Source: Felis catus
Taxonomy: Eukaryota
Reading direction: 5' to 3'
Length of the DNA: 64,000 nucleotides
Assembly (NCBI RefSeq): GCF_018350175.1
Contig: NC_058368.1
Coordinates: forward strand, 50,717,815 to 50,781,814
The translations under genes were made by a program, and so were the position numbers. The notes under the pieces are model-generated. The model had not been told where the DNA came from, searched no databases, and worked only from the letters and a program-made list of their open reading frames with translations. How positions within the stretch are numbered: the first letter of the stretch is position 1; the number at the start of each line of letters is the position of its first letter. Of this stretch, positions 1-10,639 are shown piece by piece.

Positions 1-234
1 CTTTGTGGCTGGATTTTTTTCCCCCCTTTGGGCCACTTATCTGGCATCTGGATCACTACTATGGGGTTTTTCTCTTGAAATGATCTTGACTGGAGAGAAA
101 GAGGGAACTGCAAGCTTAAATTAAGGTTTTCTCTTTCTCTCCCCGCCCCCACCCCAGAAAATCCAGGTAAGTTGGATAATTTTGCCATATAATTAGATGA
201 AATCATCAAATAACCTAGATAATTATTTCAGATC

Positions 235-463
235 TTTTTTTTTAATTTTTTAAAAAAAATTTTTAACGTTTATTTATTTTTGAGACAGAGAGAGAGCATG
301 AACAGGGGAGGGGCAGAGAGAGAGGGAGACACAGAATCTGAAACAGGCTCCAGGCTCTGAGCCGTCAGCACAGAGCCCGACGCGGGGCTGGAACTCACAG
401 ACCGCGAGATCATGACCTGAGCCGAAGTCAGATGCTTAACCGACCAAGCCACCCAGGCGCCCC
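235..463 (-). mobile_element. CanSINE (SINEC_Fc-type), full length
   Basis: Reverse complement reads GGGGCGCCTGGGTGGCTTGGTCGGTTAAGCATCTGACTTCGGCTCAGGTCATGATCTCGCGG..., then a (CT)n tract, AATAAA and A tail; tRNA-like A/B boxes. Confidence 0.97.
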
Positions 464-471
464 AGATCATC

Positions 472-675
472 TTTTTTTTAATGTTTATTTATTTTTGAGA
501 GAGACAGAGTGCAAGCAGGGGAGGGGCAGAGACAGAGGGAGACACAGAATCCGAAGCAGGCTCCAGGCTCTGAGCTGTCAGCACAGAGTCCAAGGCAGGA
601 CTGTAACTCACGGACCCAAGATCATGACCTGAGCTGAAGTTGGACACTTAACCGACTGGGTCACCCAGGCGACCC
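472..675 (-). mobile_element. CanSINE (SINEC_Fc-type)
   Basis: Same consensus; TSD AGATCATCTTT at 464-474 and 678-688. Confidence 0.96.
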
Positions 676-904
676 TCAGATCATCTTTATCGTAATATTT
701 TGTGTTTATATGGAATGCTTATCTCCAATACTCCTAGGAAGATATTATGTTATGTAACAGCTACGATTGTGCCACTGTTCATGCTCCTGGTCAACCATCA
801 ACAAAGTATACAAACTTATAAAAGAAATTGGCTTATATTTGAAACCGTGTGTGTATACCATACATGGATGCTAAGAATTCTATTACGTTACCCTAAGCAT
901 TTAA

Positions 905-1400
905 ATCACATTTTGGTGGGAACACAGAAACTGCTCTACTTGCTTTAACAAGAAGGGAATAGAAAGAATAATAGAGGGAATTGGATACCTAAAATACGGA
1001 TTGTAAGGCTGAGGAAATAAAGGTCAGGGTGTGCCACTGTTGACTTTTAGAAGTCTGAAAGTATGGGGATTCAAGAAAGTGTCAGTGAGCTCTCACTTGC
1101 CTCTAGCACCAAAGAAGGTGACTCACAGGAGCTGGCCTAGAAGATGCCGCAAAAACTTATGTCTACAGTGTGACAAGCATCCCATCTCATCTGTTACTGC
1201 TAGAAGACAAAAAATAATTTTTTTTAACTCAGTTCTCTCATTTACACCTCTCATGACTGAATCTTTCCTTGGAATGAAACAAATATCTTACAGCAAAGGA
1301 GTCTGGAAAATATAACTTTCAGGCATCAAACCATGAGGTATAGGGAGGATCTTAGTAGGACAGGGTTGGTATTCAATATCAAACAGACCATATCTCACCC
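905..1400. mobile_element. Degraded ERVL/MaLR-like LTR fragment
   Basis: CAGCAAAGGAGTCTGGAAAATATAACTTT resembles the GCTGCAAGGGAGTCTGGGAAATGTAGTTT block of old ERVL-class LTRs; family not resolved. Confidence 0.4.
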
Positions 1401-1615
1401 AAATGTTCATTATCATGATTCCTAAGATTGTAGTTTCCCATTGGAGACCCATAATATGCACACTTATATCAAGTTTGGTGAACACCCTATAAATTTCAGC
1501 TTGATTTAAATTCATCTGGATGCTCTGATTCCCTACTTACAAAATCCTAAATTAATGATTTCTCAACAGCCAGCCCCTGTTGGCATTACCCACTTAGAAA
1601 ACAGTATAGGATGTC

Positions 1616-1722
1616 GGGGTGTCTGGCTGGCTCAGTCAGTAGAGCATGTGACTCTTGATGTCGGGACTGTGAGTACAAGACCCACATTGGGCACTGATAT
1701 TACTTAAAAATAAAATCTTGAA
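1616..1722 (+). mobile_element. Short old-type CanSINE (tRNA-Lys-like head, no CT tract)
   Basis: GGGGTGTCTGGCTGGCTCAGTCAGTAGAGCATGTGACTCTTGAT...ATTACTTAAAAATAAAATCTT; decayed TSD AGAAAACAGTATA (1596) / AGAAAATGGTGTA (1884). Confidence 0.9.
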
Positions 1723-1885
1723 AAGAAGGAAAGGAAAGGAAAGGAAAGGAAAGGAAAGGAAAGGAAAGGAAAGGAAAGGAAAGGAAAGGAAAGGAAAGGA
1801 AGAAAGAAAGAGGAAGGGGAGGAAGGAAGGAAGGAAGGAAGGAAGGAAGGAAGGAAGGAAGGGAGAGAGAGAGGGAGGGAGGAAG
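1723..1885 (+). repeat. Compound (GGAAA)n/(GGAA)n polypurine microsatellite grown from the SINE tail
   Basis: Direct reading of the sequence. Confidence 0.97.
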
Positions 1886-2223
1886 AAAATGGTGTAAAAA
1901 TCCCTTTCAGAAATGGCCCAGCAGAGTTTATTTATATCCTTTCCACTGTCAATTTCTTCCACTATGGCAGTGGTAGAATGAGTTATAAAACTTGGAGCTA
2001 GCCACATTTCTCCCAGCAACAAACCAAATTAATACAGCCCCATTTCTCTTGAGTCACATTTCTATACAAGATTAGTGTGTTTTCTAATCTCGCTAGGTGG
2101 TTTCAGATAACTTAAATTCTTGTCAGTTTTTTTGAATCATTCATGGAATTGATTTGAAACTTGGAGAGAGTGCTTTATATCTTTACATGCTTAATTTGAT
2201 TATTCACAGATGGATTTCATGCA

Positions 2224-3365
2224 TTTTTTAAGTTTGTATTTAAATTTCAGTTAATTAACAGAGGGTAATATTAGTTACAGGTGTGCAATGTAGTTATTTA
2301 ACACTTCTATACAACAGCCAGTGCTCATCACAGCAAGTGCACTCCTTAATCTCCATCACCTATTTAACCCATCCTCACCCCCTCCCCACCCCTGGTTACC
2401 CTTTGGTAACCATCAGTTCATTCTCTATAGTTAAGAGTCTGTTTCTTGTTTTGCCTCTCTTTTTTTCCTCCTGCTCATTTGTTTTGTTTCTTAAATTCTA
2501 CATATGTGTGAAATCATATGGTATTTGTCTTTCTCTGACTGACTTATTTTGTTTAGCATAAGACTCTCTAGCTCCATCCATGTCTTTGCAAATGGCAAGA
2601 TTTCATTCTTTTTTATGGTTGAGTCAACCATTTTTTTAATTACTGATTCAATTTCTTTGCTGATTATTGGTCTGTTGAAGTTTTCTATTTGTTCCTGTTT
2701 CAGTTTTGGCAGTTTATATGTTTCTAAGTATTTATCCATTTCTCCCAGGTTGTCCAAGTTGTTGGCATATAGTTTTTTATAATATTCTCTTATAATTGTT
2801 TGTGTTTCTGTGTTGTTGGTTATTATTTCTTCTCTGTCATTTGTAATTTAATTTATTTGGGTTCTTTCTCTTTTCTTTTTGATAAGTCTGGCTAGAGGTT
2901 TATCAGTTTTATCAATTTTTTCAAAGAACCAGCTCCTAGTTTCATTGATCTGTTCTACTGTGATTTTTTAGTTTCCATATCATTTATTTTTGCTCTAATC
3001 TTTATTATTTCCTTCCTTCTGCTGACGTTAGGCTTCATTTGTTGTTATTTTTCTTACTCCTTTAGGTGTAAGTTTAGGTTGTTTATTTGATTTTTCTTGC
3101 TTATTTGAGTTTTTTCTTGCTTCTTGATGTCAGCTTGTATTGCTATATATTTCCTTCTTGGAACCACTTTTGCTGCATCCCAAAGATTTTGGACTGTTGT
3201 GTTTTCATTTTATTTATTTCCATGTATTTTTTTATTTTCTTCTTTGATTTTCTGGTTGAACCATTCATTGTTTAGTAGCATGTTGTGGTCTTTCCAAATA
3301 TTTCCTTGTGGTTGACTTCTAGTTTCATAGTTTTGTAGTCAGAAGAGGTGCATGGTATGCAATTT
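2224..3365 (-). mobile_element. Carnivore L1, 5'-truncated with a large internal deletion (3' UTR + ORF2 C-terminus fused to pre-RT ORF2)
   Basis: ORF 2491-2757 contains L1 ORF2 motifs MDNLGEMDKYLETYKLPKLKQE..EIESVIKK and IKKNEILPFAKTWMELE..SEKDKYHMIS; 2224-2490 is L1 3' UTR. Confidence 0.93.
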
Positions 3366-5079
3366 CTGAAATATGTTATCCATCTCCATTTCAATGAGTC
3401 TGGAAGTTTGTATAATCCTGGGTAGGTTCCAGCAACATCATTCTGAGTCACTATGATAATCAAGATCCAAAAACTTCGGGCAGCAAATTTCCATTGATAG
3501 CCCCTAATTTTTAGCTTCAGGCTCCAATAAAATGGCTTCATATAAATTCTAAATATTTGTTAACATCAAGATCTCCACTATAATCAAAAATATCCTATCC
3601 CTAGATTATTTTTCTCTTCTGTATATAGAAAAGAGTAACAAATAATTTAAGCAAATTGCTGGCATGAAAAATCCAGAAATGCTGACATAAACTAAAATGA
3701 AAAGATCACAGTGTTATTCTATTGAATAATTTAAAGTTCCAATTAAATCATCAATTATCTAGCTTTTAATTTCCTAGAATAACAATTGTCTGAATTTGTT
3801 TGATATACAAGAATATATTCTGTCTCTATCTGAATTGTTCGTGGTCAAAACTGTGGTTTCAACTATAGAAAATATTAATAATACAAAAATCATCTCTGGC
3901 ACATTAATATGGAAAACAGATTTCAAATGAATATATTCTGATCTCATTTTTTAAAAAAGGTAAAATGATGAATTCTATTCTTAAACCATTAGTTATCACT
4001 GGCCAGTGATATTAGGATTGATTCTAATATTTCTGTTTATTTTCTTCCTTTTTCTATATAACTTTTGTTATTAAACATATTTATTTTCATATAAAAGAAT
4101 CAGCCTTCCTCAGAAGATCAAATAACCTTCTCCCCTTTGAATTTACATATTATAACTGATTTTCGACAAAAGTACAATGACATTTCTGTGAAAAGGAATC
4201 ATCTTTCTAACAAATTGTGCTGTAACAATTGTATATACAGAGGCAAAAAAGTGAAATTGATGAATACTTTACACTGTATGCAAAATTAACTCAAAGTGGA
4301 ATTTAGATATTAAACCTACGGTTATAACACTTTTAGAAGACAACATTTGAAAAAACAAATCTTTGTGACCTTGGGTTGGGAAAAAATTACTTTGATGTGA
4401 TATCAAAAGCATAATCTGTTAAAAAAAACAAATTGTTAAGTGGACTTCATCAAAATTTAAAACTTCTGCTTGTTGAAGACACCATGAAAGGAATAAAAAG
4501 CTAAGTCACAAATTGAAAGGGAACATTTGCAAATCCTATGTCTAATTTTTTTTTATTCTTACAATATTAAACATATATTTATCATATAAGCCAGCCATTT
4601 TCCCTGCCAGGTATTTATTGAAAGGAAAAGAAAGCATATATGCATTAAATATTTGTACATAAATATTCAAGGGAGCTTTATGTGCAATAGCCCAAAACTA
4701 TAAACAACCCAAGTGCCCATCAAACATGAATGGATAAACAGATTGTGGTGTATTCAATACTGTATATAAAATGTATTAGTACCTAGCAATAAAGTTAAAG
4801 TAAATATTGACACATACAACGACATGAGTGAATCCCGAAATAATTATTGAGTTAATGCAACCAAACAAAAACAGTACATGCTGTTTAATTCTACTTATAC
4901 AGAATCCTAGAAAATTCAAACTTATCTGAAAGTCATCTGTAGCATCAGAAAGAAGTGGTTTCCTCAATATAAGTAAGCTGGGTGGGTCAAGGAGGAGAGA
5001 ACCAAAGGGCATGAGCAACTTTCAGGGAGAATGCTGGGTATGCTTATTATCTTGATTTTAATGGCAGTTTACAGATAAC

Positions 5080-5250
5080 ATATATAGATTATTGCATATA
5101 TCATTATATTATCATATATTATTAATACATATTTTATATATAATATATTATTATATATCTTTTATATACATATTTATAATATATATGTATATTATATATT
5201 ATTAATACATATTACACATTATTTTTATATCTATATTATATATATTAATT
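5080..5250. repeat. AT-rich low-complexity (TA-derived) tract
   Basis: Direct reading of the sequence. Confidence 0.9.
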
Positions 5251-5269
5251 TATCAAATTATATACTTTA

Positions 5270-5506
5270 TTTTTTATTTTTTTTATTAAAAAAATTTTTT
5301 TTTCAACGTTTATTTATTTTTGGGACAGAGAGAGACAGAGCATGAACGGGGGAGGGGCAGAGAGAGAGGGAGACAAAGAATTGGAAACAGGCTCCAGGCT
5401 CTGAGCCATCAGCCCAGAGCCTGACGCGGGGCTCGAACTCACGGACCGCGAGATCGTGACCTGGCTGAAGTCGGACGCTTAACCGACTGCGCCACCCATG
5501 CGCCCC
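5270..5506 (-). mobile_element. Young SINEC_Fc (Fc1-like) SINE
   Basis: CpGs largely intact; head CTTCAGCCAGGTCACGATCTCGCGG; perfect 17-bp TSD TCAAATTATATACTTTA at 5253-5269 and 5507-5523. Confidence 0.98.
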
Positions 5507-5780
5507 TCAAATTATATACTTTAAATATGTGCATTTTATCATACTCCAATTATACCTGAGTACACTCTTTTATATATATTGCCATCAAAAATTGAAAAGT
5601 GCTCTATTAGTTATCTATTACTATATAACAAATTTCCTTCTAGCAACCACCAATTTGTTCTCTGTATTATGATTCTGTTTCTGATTTTGTTGTTGTTTGC
5701 TGTTTTATTTATTACTCATTTGTTTTATATTTTTAGATTGTACATATAAGTGAGATCATATGATATTTGTCTTTTTTTCT

Positions 5781-6002
5781 TCCTTTTTTTTAATTTTTTT
5801 CAACGTTTATTTATTTTTGAGATAGAGACAGAGCATGATTGGGGTAGGGTCAGAGAGAGAGAGGGAGACACAGAATCCGAAACAGGTTCCGGGCTCTGAG
5901 CCGTCAGCACAGAGCCCGAGGTGGGGCTCGAACTCATGGACCGCGAGATCATGACCTGAGCCGAAGTCAGACACTTAACCGACTGAGCCACCCAGGCACC
6001 CC
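5781..6002 (-). mobile_element. CanSINE (SINEC_Fc-type)
   Basis: Consensus match; TGTCTTTTT on both flanks. Confidence 0.96.
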
Positions 6003-6084
6003 TGTCTTTTTCTTTCTTACTTGTTTCACTAGCATAATATCTCTAGGTCCATCCATGTTGTCACAAATGACAAGATCTCATTCC

Positions 6085-6318
6085 TTTTTTTATTGAAGAA
6101 TGATTGGAATATAATGTTGTGTTCATTTCAGGTGTACAACTTATTGATTCAACAATTCTATATGTTACTTAGTGCTCACCATGATAAGCGTAGTCAACAT
6201 CTGTCACCATACAATGTTATTACAATATTATTAACTATATTCCCCGTGTTGTACTTTTCATCTCCAGGACTTATTTATTTTACGGCTGGAAGTTTATACC
6301 TCTTAATCCCCTTTATCT
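6085..6318 (-). mobile_element. Extreme 3' end of a carnivore L1 nested in another L1
   Basis: TTTCAGGTGTACAAC..CTGTCACCATACAATGTTATTACAATATT; decayed TSD AAGATCTCATTCCTTTTTT (6072) / AAGATTTTATTATTTTTT (6320). Confidence 0.85.
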
Positions 6319-7396
6319 AAAGATTTTATTATTTTTTATGGCTGAGTAATATTCTTTATCCATTCATCTTCTTTATTCATTCATCTGTGGATGAACACTT
6401 GGGCTGCCTCTGTATCTTGACTGTTGTAAATCATGCTGCAATAAACTTAGGGGTACATATATCTTTTCAAATTAGCGTTTTCATTTTCTTTGGCTAAATA
6501 TCCAGTAGTATAATTATTGGATCATATGGTATTTTTATTTTTAATTTTTTAAGAAATGTCCATCTTGTTTTCCACAGTGTTTGTTCCAATTTATATTCCC
6601 ACCAACAGTGCACGAGAGTTCCTTTTGCTCTATATCCTCACCAACACTTGTTGTTTCTTGTCTGTTTGACACTAGCCATTTTGACAGGTATGAGGTAATA
6701 ATCTTATTGTGGTTTTGATTTGCATTTCCCTGATGATTAGTGATGTTGACCATCTTTTCATGTCTGCTGGCCATCTGTAGCTATGCATTAGACTTACCAT
6801 TTTATTTCTGGTCATCTAATGACTTTCATGGGTTCCTTTGCTTTGATGGGAGATTTTGGAGATTACACATTGGGGGAATTTGAGATAGACAAAGGATAGT
6901 AAGTAACTGCAACTTCAAGGAAGGATTAAACAAGGGGAAAAATCTTTGGTCTATTATATCCCTACACACAATGCAAGCATCTGGCAACGAGATATTTTTA
7001 TAGTAATCATTCTCACTAATAGTATTTATTTAGCCTTTAGGGTATTTGAGGTAATCTTATAAAAATGTTAAGTTTTTAACATGATATCTTGCATACTATT
7101 ATTTGAATACAGACAAAAATATTTAACTTCAGTATTATTTCTTGTATACAGTATTCATTATAAATAAGCCACAAACAGTAAACTTTTCTAAAAATAGACC
7201 AAAGGGAGTATGAATTTGGAAAAGTAGCTTAATCTTTCTAGTCCTTCTATTATTTCAGCTACAAAATGGGAGTGACAAAATGTTTTAAGATTTAAATTTA
7301 ATATTTCTAAATTAAATATTTATAAAATCTTTCACTGTATTATTTGTGATTTAATTCATTATAACACAATGTTGCTTTTATAAATACTCCCTTGGA

Positions 7397-7620
7397 GGGG
7401 TGCCTGGGTGGCTCAGTTGGTTGGGCGACTGACTTCGGCTCGGGTCATGGTCTCATGGTTCATGGGTTCGAGCCCCGTATCATGCTCTGTGCTGACAGCT
7501 CAGAGCCTGGAGCCTGCTTCCGATTCTGTGTCTCCCTCTCTCTGCACCTCCCCTGCTCATGCTCTGTCTCTCTCTGACTCTCAAAAAATGAATAAATGTT
7601 AATAAAAAATTTAAAAAAAA
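7397..7620 (+). mobile_element. CanSINE (SINEC_Fc-type)
   Basis: Consensus match; TSD AAATACTCCCTTGGAG / AAATAGTCCCTTGGAG. Confidence 0.96.
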
Positions 7621-7789
7621 TAGTCCCTTGGAGACTAAATTGGTCAAAAATACACAGTTTCATCAAAACACTCTTCAGACCAATACGGAGTATTAAAAGC
7701 TCCATGAAGGGGAGGCTTACCACTCTACCACCATGATCTGACATACTTCAGGTGCTAAGGAAATAAGGATTCAAGGAACAAAGGTTAGG

Positions 7790-7900
7790 GCATCTGGATA
7801 TCAAGCATAACTCAAAAGCAAATAAGCTGTGTGTTAATTTAGGCAAATCACTTGACATTTCAGCCCTCATATTCCTTGTTTATAAAATGGAGTGTTTCTG
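7790..7900 (+). mobile_element. MIR core fragment
   Basis: AGCTGTGTG..TTAGGCAAATCACTTGAC..CCTCATATTCCTTGTTTATAAAATGG. Confidence 0.6.
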
Positions 7901-8276
7901 ATTGATCATTTTAATTGGGACTTTCAATGGCAATAGAAATTCACATCAAACTGGCCACCCCTCTCCCCACTAAAAAAGATGATTTGGAGCAGAAATTATT
8001 GACACAAGAGATCTTACTGCTCTACATATTGAAAGTACTCAGATGTCTATCTTCCTCACCTGGGACTTCCCGAAAAAGTCCTAAAAATAACACTGCTTTT
8101 GTCACGTCTTTCCACAAACAGTCACTGTGGCCCGAGATGTGTAGTCTTCAGCTAGATGAGGCCTATGTCATTTGTCTGCCCCTTAATGCTGGTTTGGCCA
8201 TGGAATTGGAGGCGAGGGATCACTCCATCCAAATCCCATAGAAAGGTTTTACTTAGAAAAAGAGCTTTTCTTACAA

Positions 8277-8278
8277 AA

Positions 8279-8346
<68 letters not shown>

Positions 8347-8363
8347 AAAAGAAAAAAGAAAAA
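8277..8363 (+). repeat. (GAAA)n microsatellite
   Basis: Direct reading of the sequence. Confidence 0.98.
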
Positions 8364-9468
8364 GGAAGCTGGACACATAAAACAGTGTATGTTCATTGAA
8401 TCATGGAATAAATCATGGATCATAGACTAAATACCCTGCCATATTTTTTAAATGATGAAATGCCTGGTCCTGTTTTCAGAACTTAACACCTACTAAATAA
8501 TCCTTATTAAGTAATCCTTTTCCGTTAGGACTGCATATCTTAAATGCGAAGGTCAATCGTGTCAGAATACCATGGGCTGCTATTAATCATTTTATGGCAT
8601 GATATTTTCTAACTGAAGAAAAGAAAAACTTTGAAATACCGGTATGCTTTCAGGAAAGCTTAAAGAAACTTGCTTTTGGCATAATTCCTCTTCTCCCAGA
8701 TGCAATCCCCAAGAATGTGCTCTCAACTGGACTTGATTAAATCTGCACTTTTACTGTTTCTTTATTTAGCTCACACTAACCACACTGGCACACTTAGGGC
8801 TGCCTCCAAACAGGGTCTTTGGCAGTAACACTCATGTCTACACCGTCTGTTCTCCAAATTGGGACCATACAAAAGAGTAAATTCAGCCCTGGAGACCGAT
8901 GTTTACGTTTTCATAAAACCAAAGTTAGTCAGTAATCACTTTTGAATTACCATGGTATCTGCTTTAGTTAATTTAGAGTAAAGCTTTATTTTTTTAAGGT
9001 TTATATGTTTTGAGTATGCAAGTGCTAACCATTGTAAGGGAGGTTTACAGAGCGTGACTGAAGTACACGCCTAGTTAAAAAAATAGTCTAGCCAGAAAGG
9101 AGAAAAGATGAGAGAATTCTGAAAGCTTCAATTCAATCATGTTCTGCTGAGAGAAATATGCTTGGAACCCAATCTAAAAATCATTTCAGAAGGATTTTTG
9201 TCAGCATTGTTTAGGCTGGAAAAGGAAAACTTGGAGTTGCTTTATCACTGACTTCAAGTATATGAAGGGTTTCTATGAAATTGAAACTTAGCGCTGTTTC
9301 CCTTTCCATGGTGAACTGAATGAAACAAAATAGCATTAAGTCAGAGGCAATGTAGGTTGGACATGATGAGGAACTTCTTGGCCGTCAGAATTGGAACAGC
9401 AGAATACCTCAAAGGGAAGGCCAGGAACCCTTTGTTCTTCTTGGTCATCAAAAACAAAAAAAGGGGGG

Positions 9469-9667
9469 GGGGTGCCTGGGTGGCTCAATCAACTAAGACT
9501 CTGACTCTTGATTTCGCTCAGGTCATGATCCCAGGGTCATGGGATCAAGCCCCATGTAGGGCTCCGTGCTGAGAGCATGATGAGCCTGCTTGGGATTCTC
9601 TCTTTCCCTCTGTCCCTCCCCTGCTTGTGCACTCTCTCTTTTTCTAATAGCAATAAATTAATTTAAA
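9469..9667 (+). mobile_element. Older CanSINE
   Basis: GGGGTGCCTGGGTGGCTCAA..GACTCTTGATTTCGCTCAGGTCATGATCCCAGGGTCATGGGATCAAGCCCC..GAGCCTGCTTGGGATTCTC. Confidence 0.93.
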
Positions 9668-10639
9668 CAGAGAGAGAGAGCTTTTTGCAGTTCTCTTAGC
9701 TGAAATGGTTGTATGAATGTGCTCCACGGTTAATTGGTGTGACTTCTATTGCGTTGTCACTCTCGCCCTTTGTCTTGTCTTTAACGAGGGATCCTGTGCT
9801 TTAGCTTTGACCACAAGATGTTTAAACTATTGCCAAGGAGAGGTTGATAATACACGGAATAGAGCTTGGAGCTTGGAGCAGTGCATCCCGGGCTGTTGAT
9901 TTCTCACATGTGGTATATAACTTAATAACAGAAACCGGGACATGTGGTGAAGCCAGACAATTGTATAATTTAGGAATCACATGGCCTCACTGTGTCCTTC
10001 TGTGTCCTTCTGTATCCTTCTGTATGGAGTGAAAGTAATACCTGCATAGGAAATTAGGATATCGGAGGAGGAAACATGTCTCTCCTTTCCCTGGGACTAG
10101 GGTCTGAATTGCCCGGATAGCAAGGCATAGACATGGTTAGAGTACTCCTGAGGTTATAGGATTGTAGGATTGGCTGGAACAGCATTCATCAAAGAGAGAA
10201 GTGGCCCAGGAGACACTGCCCAGGCCTGGTTATAAATGTCCCTTGCTGTTTTAAGGCACTCCACCAGAAGTTAGGTTCTGGAAATATGCACGAACATGGC
10301 TGAAGCCTCAAACATTGGTCCCTGTGCTATCCTGAAACGAGCTGAGAATAGAAGCAGCAATCACACAAGGAAAAAGAGAGCAGGAATCGACATAACAGTG
10401 ACGAGAGCTGGCAACAAATCTTTGAAGACGAAACGTAGATTGGGAAATGGGAAGTGACCTAACAGAGTAGAGAAAGCTGAAACCCAAGGTCAAGAGGTGA
10501 ATACTGACGACAAACAAGACGATTCACTTCTGGAGTACTAAGGGTTGTGGGCAGAAAGTGCTATGCAAAGTGGGGTAAGGCCTGAGACACTGAACACAGG
10601 ATCGGCTGACACTTTATGTACGCAACAATCAAAGGGACT

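Larger units (their letters stand above)
4150..5565 (+). mobile_element. Old L1M (MC/MD-like) ORF2 3' part and 3' UTR, interrupted by an AT-rich tract and a SINE
   Basis: L1 motifs AACTGATTTTCGACAAA, AAAATTAACTCAAAGTGGA, GGACTTCATCAAAATTTAAAACTTCTG, AACAACCCAAGTGCCCATCAA, ATGGATAAACAGATTGTGGTGTATTC. Confidence 0.85.
5636..6779 (-). mobile_element. Carnivore L1 3' region hosting a SINE and a second L1 3' end
   Basis: CTAGCAACCACCAATTTGTTCTCTG, ATGGCTGAGTAATATTC, TTGATTTGCATTTCCCTGATGATTAGTGATG. Confidence 0.9.

Noticed and set aside
1616..1690. tRNA-Lys-like sequence
   Set aside because: It is a SINE head with a degenerate stem and B box, followed by the SINE tail and a TSD
1636..2022. 128-aa ORF with FLPS/FPFLS repeats (likewise the ORFs at 8152-8380 and 57112-57480)
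   Set aside because: Open only because of stop-free microsatellites
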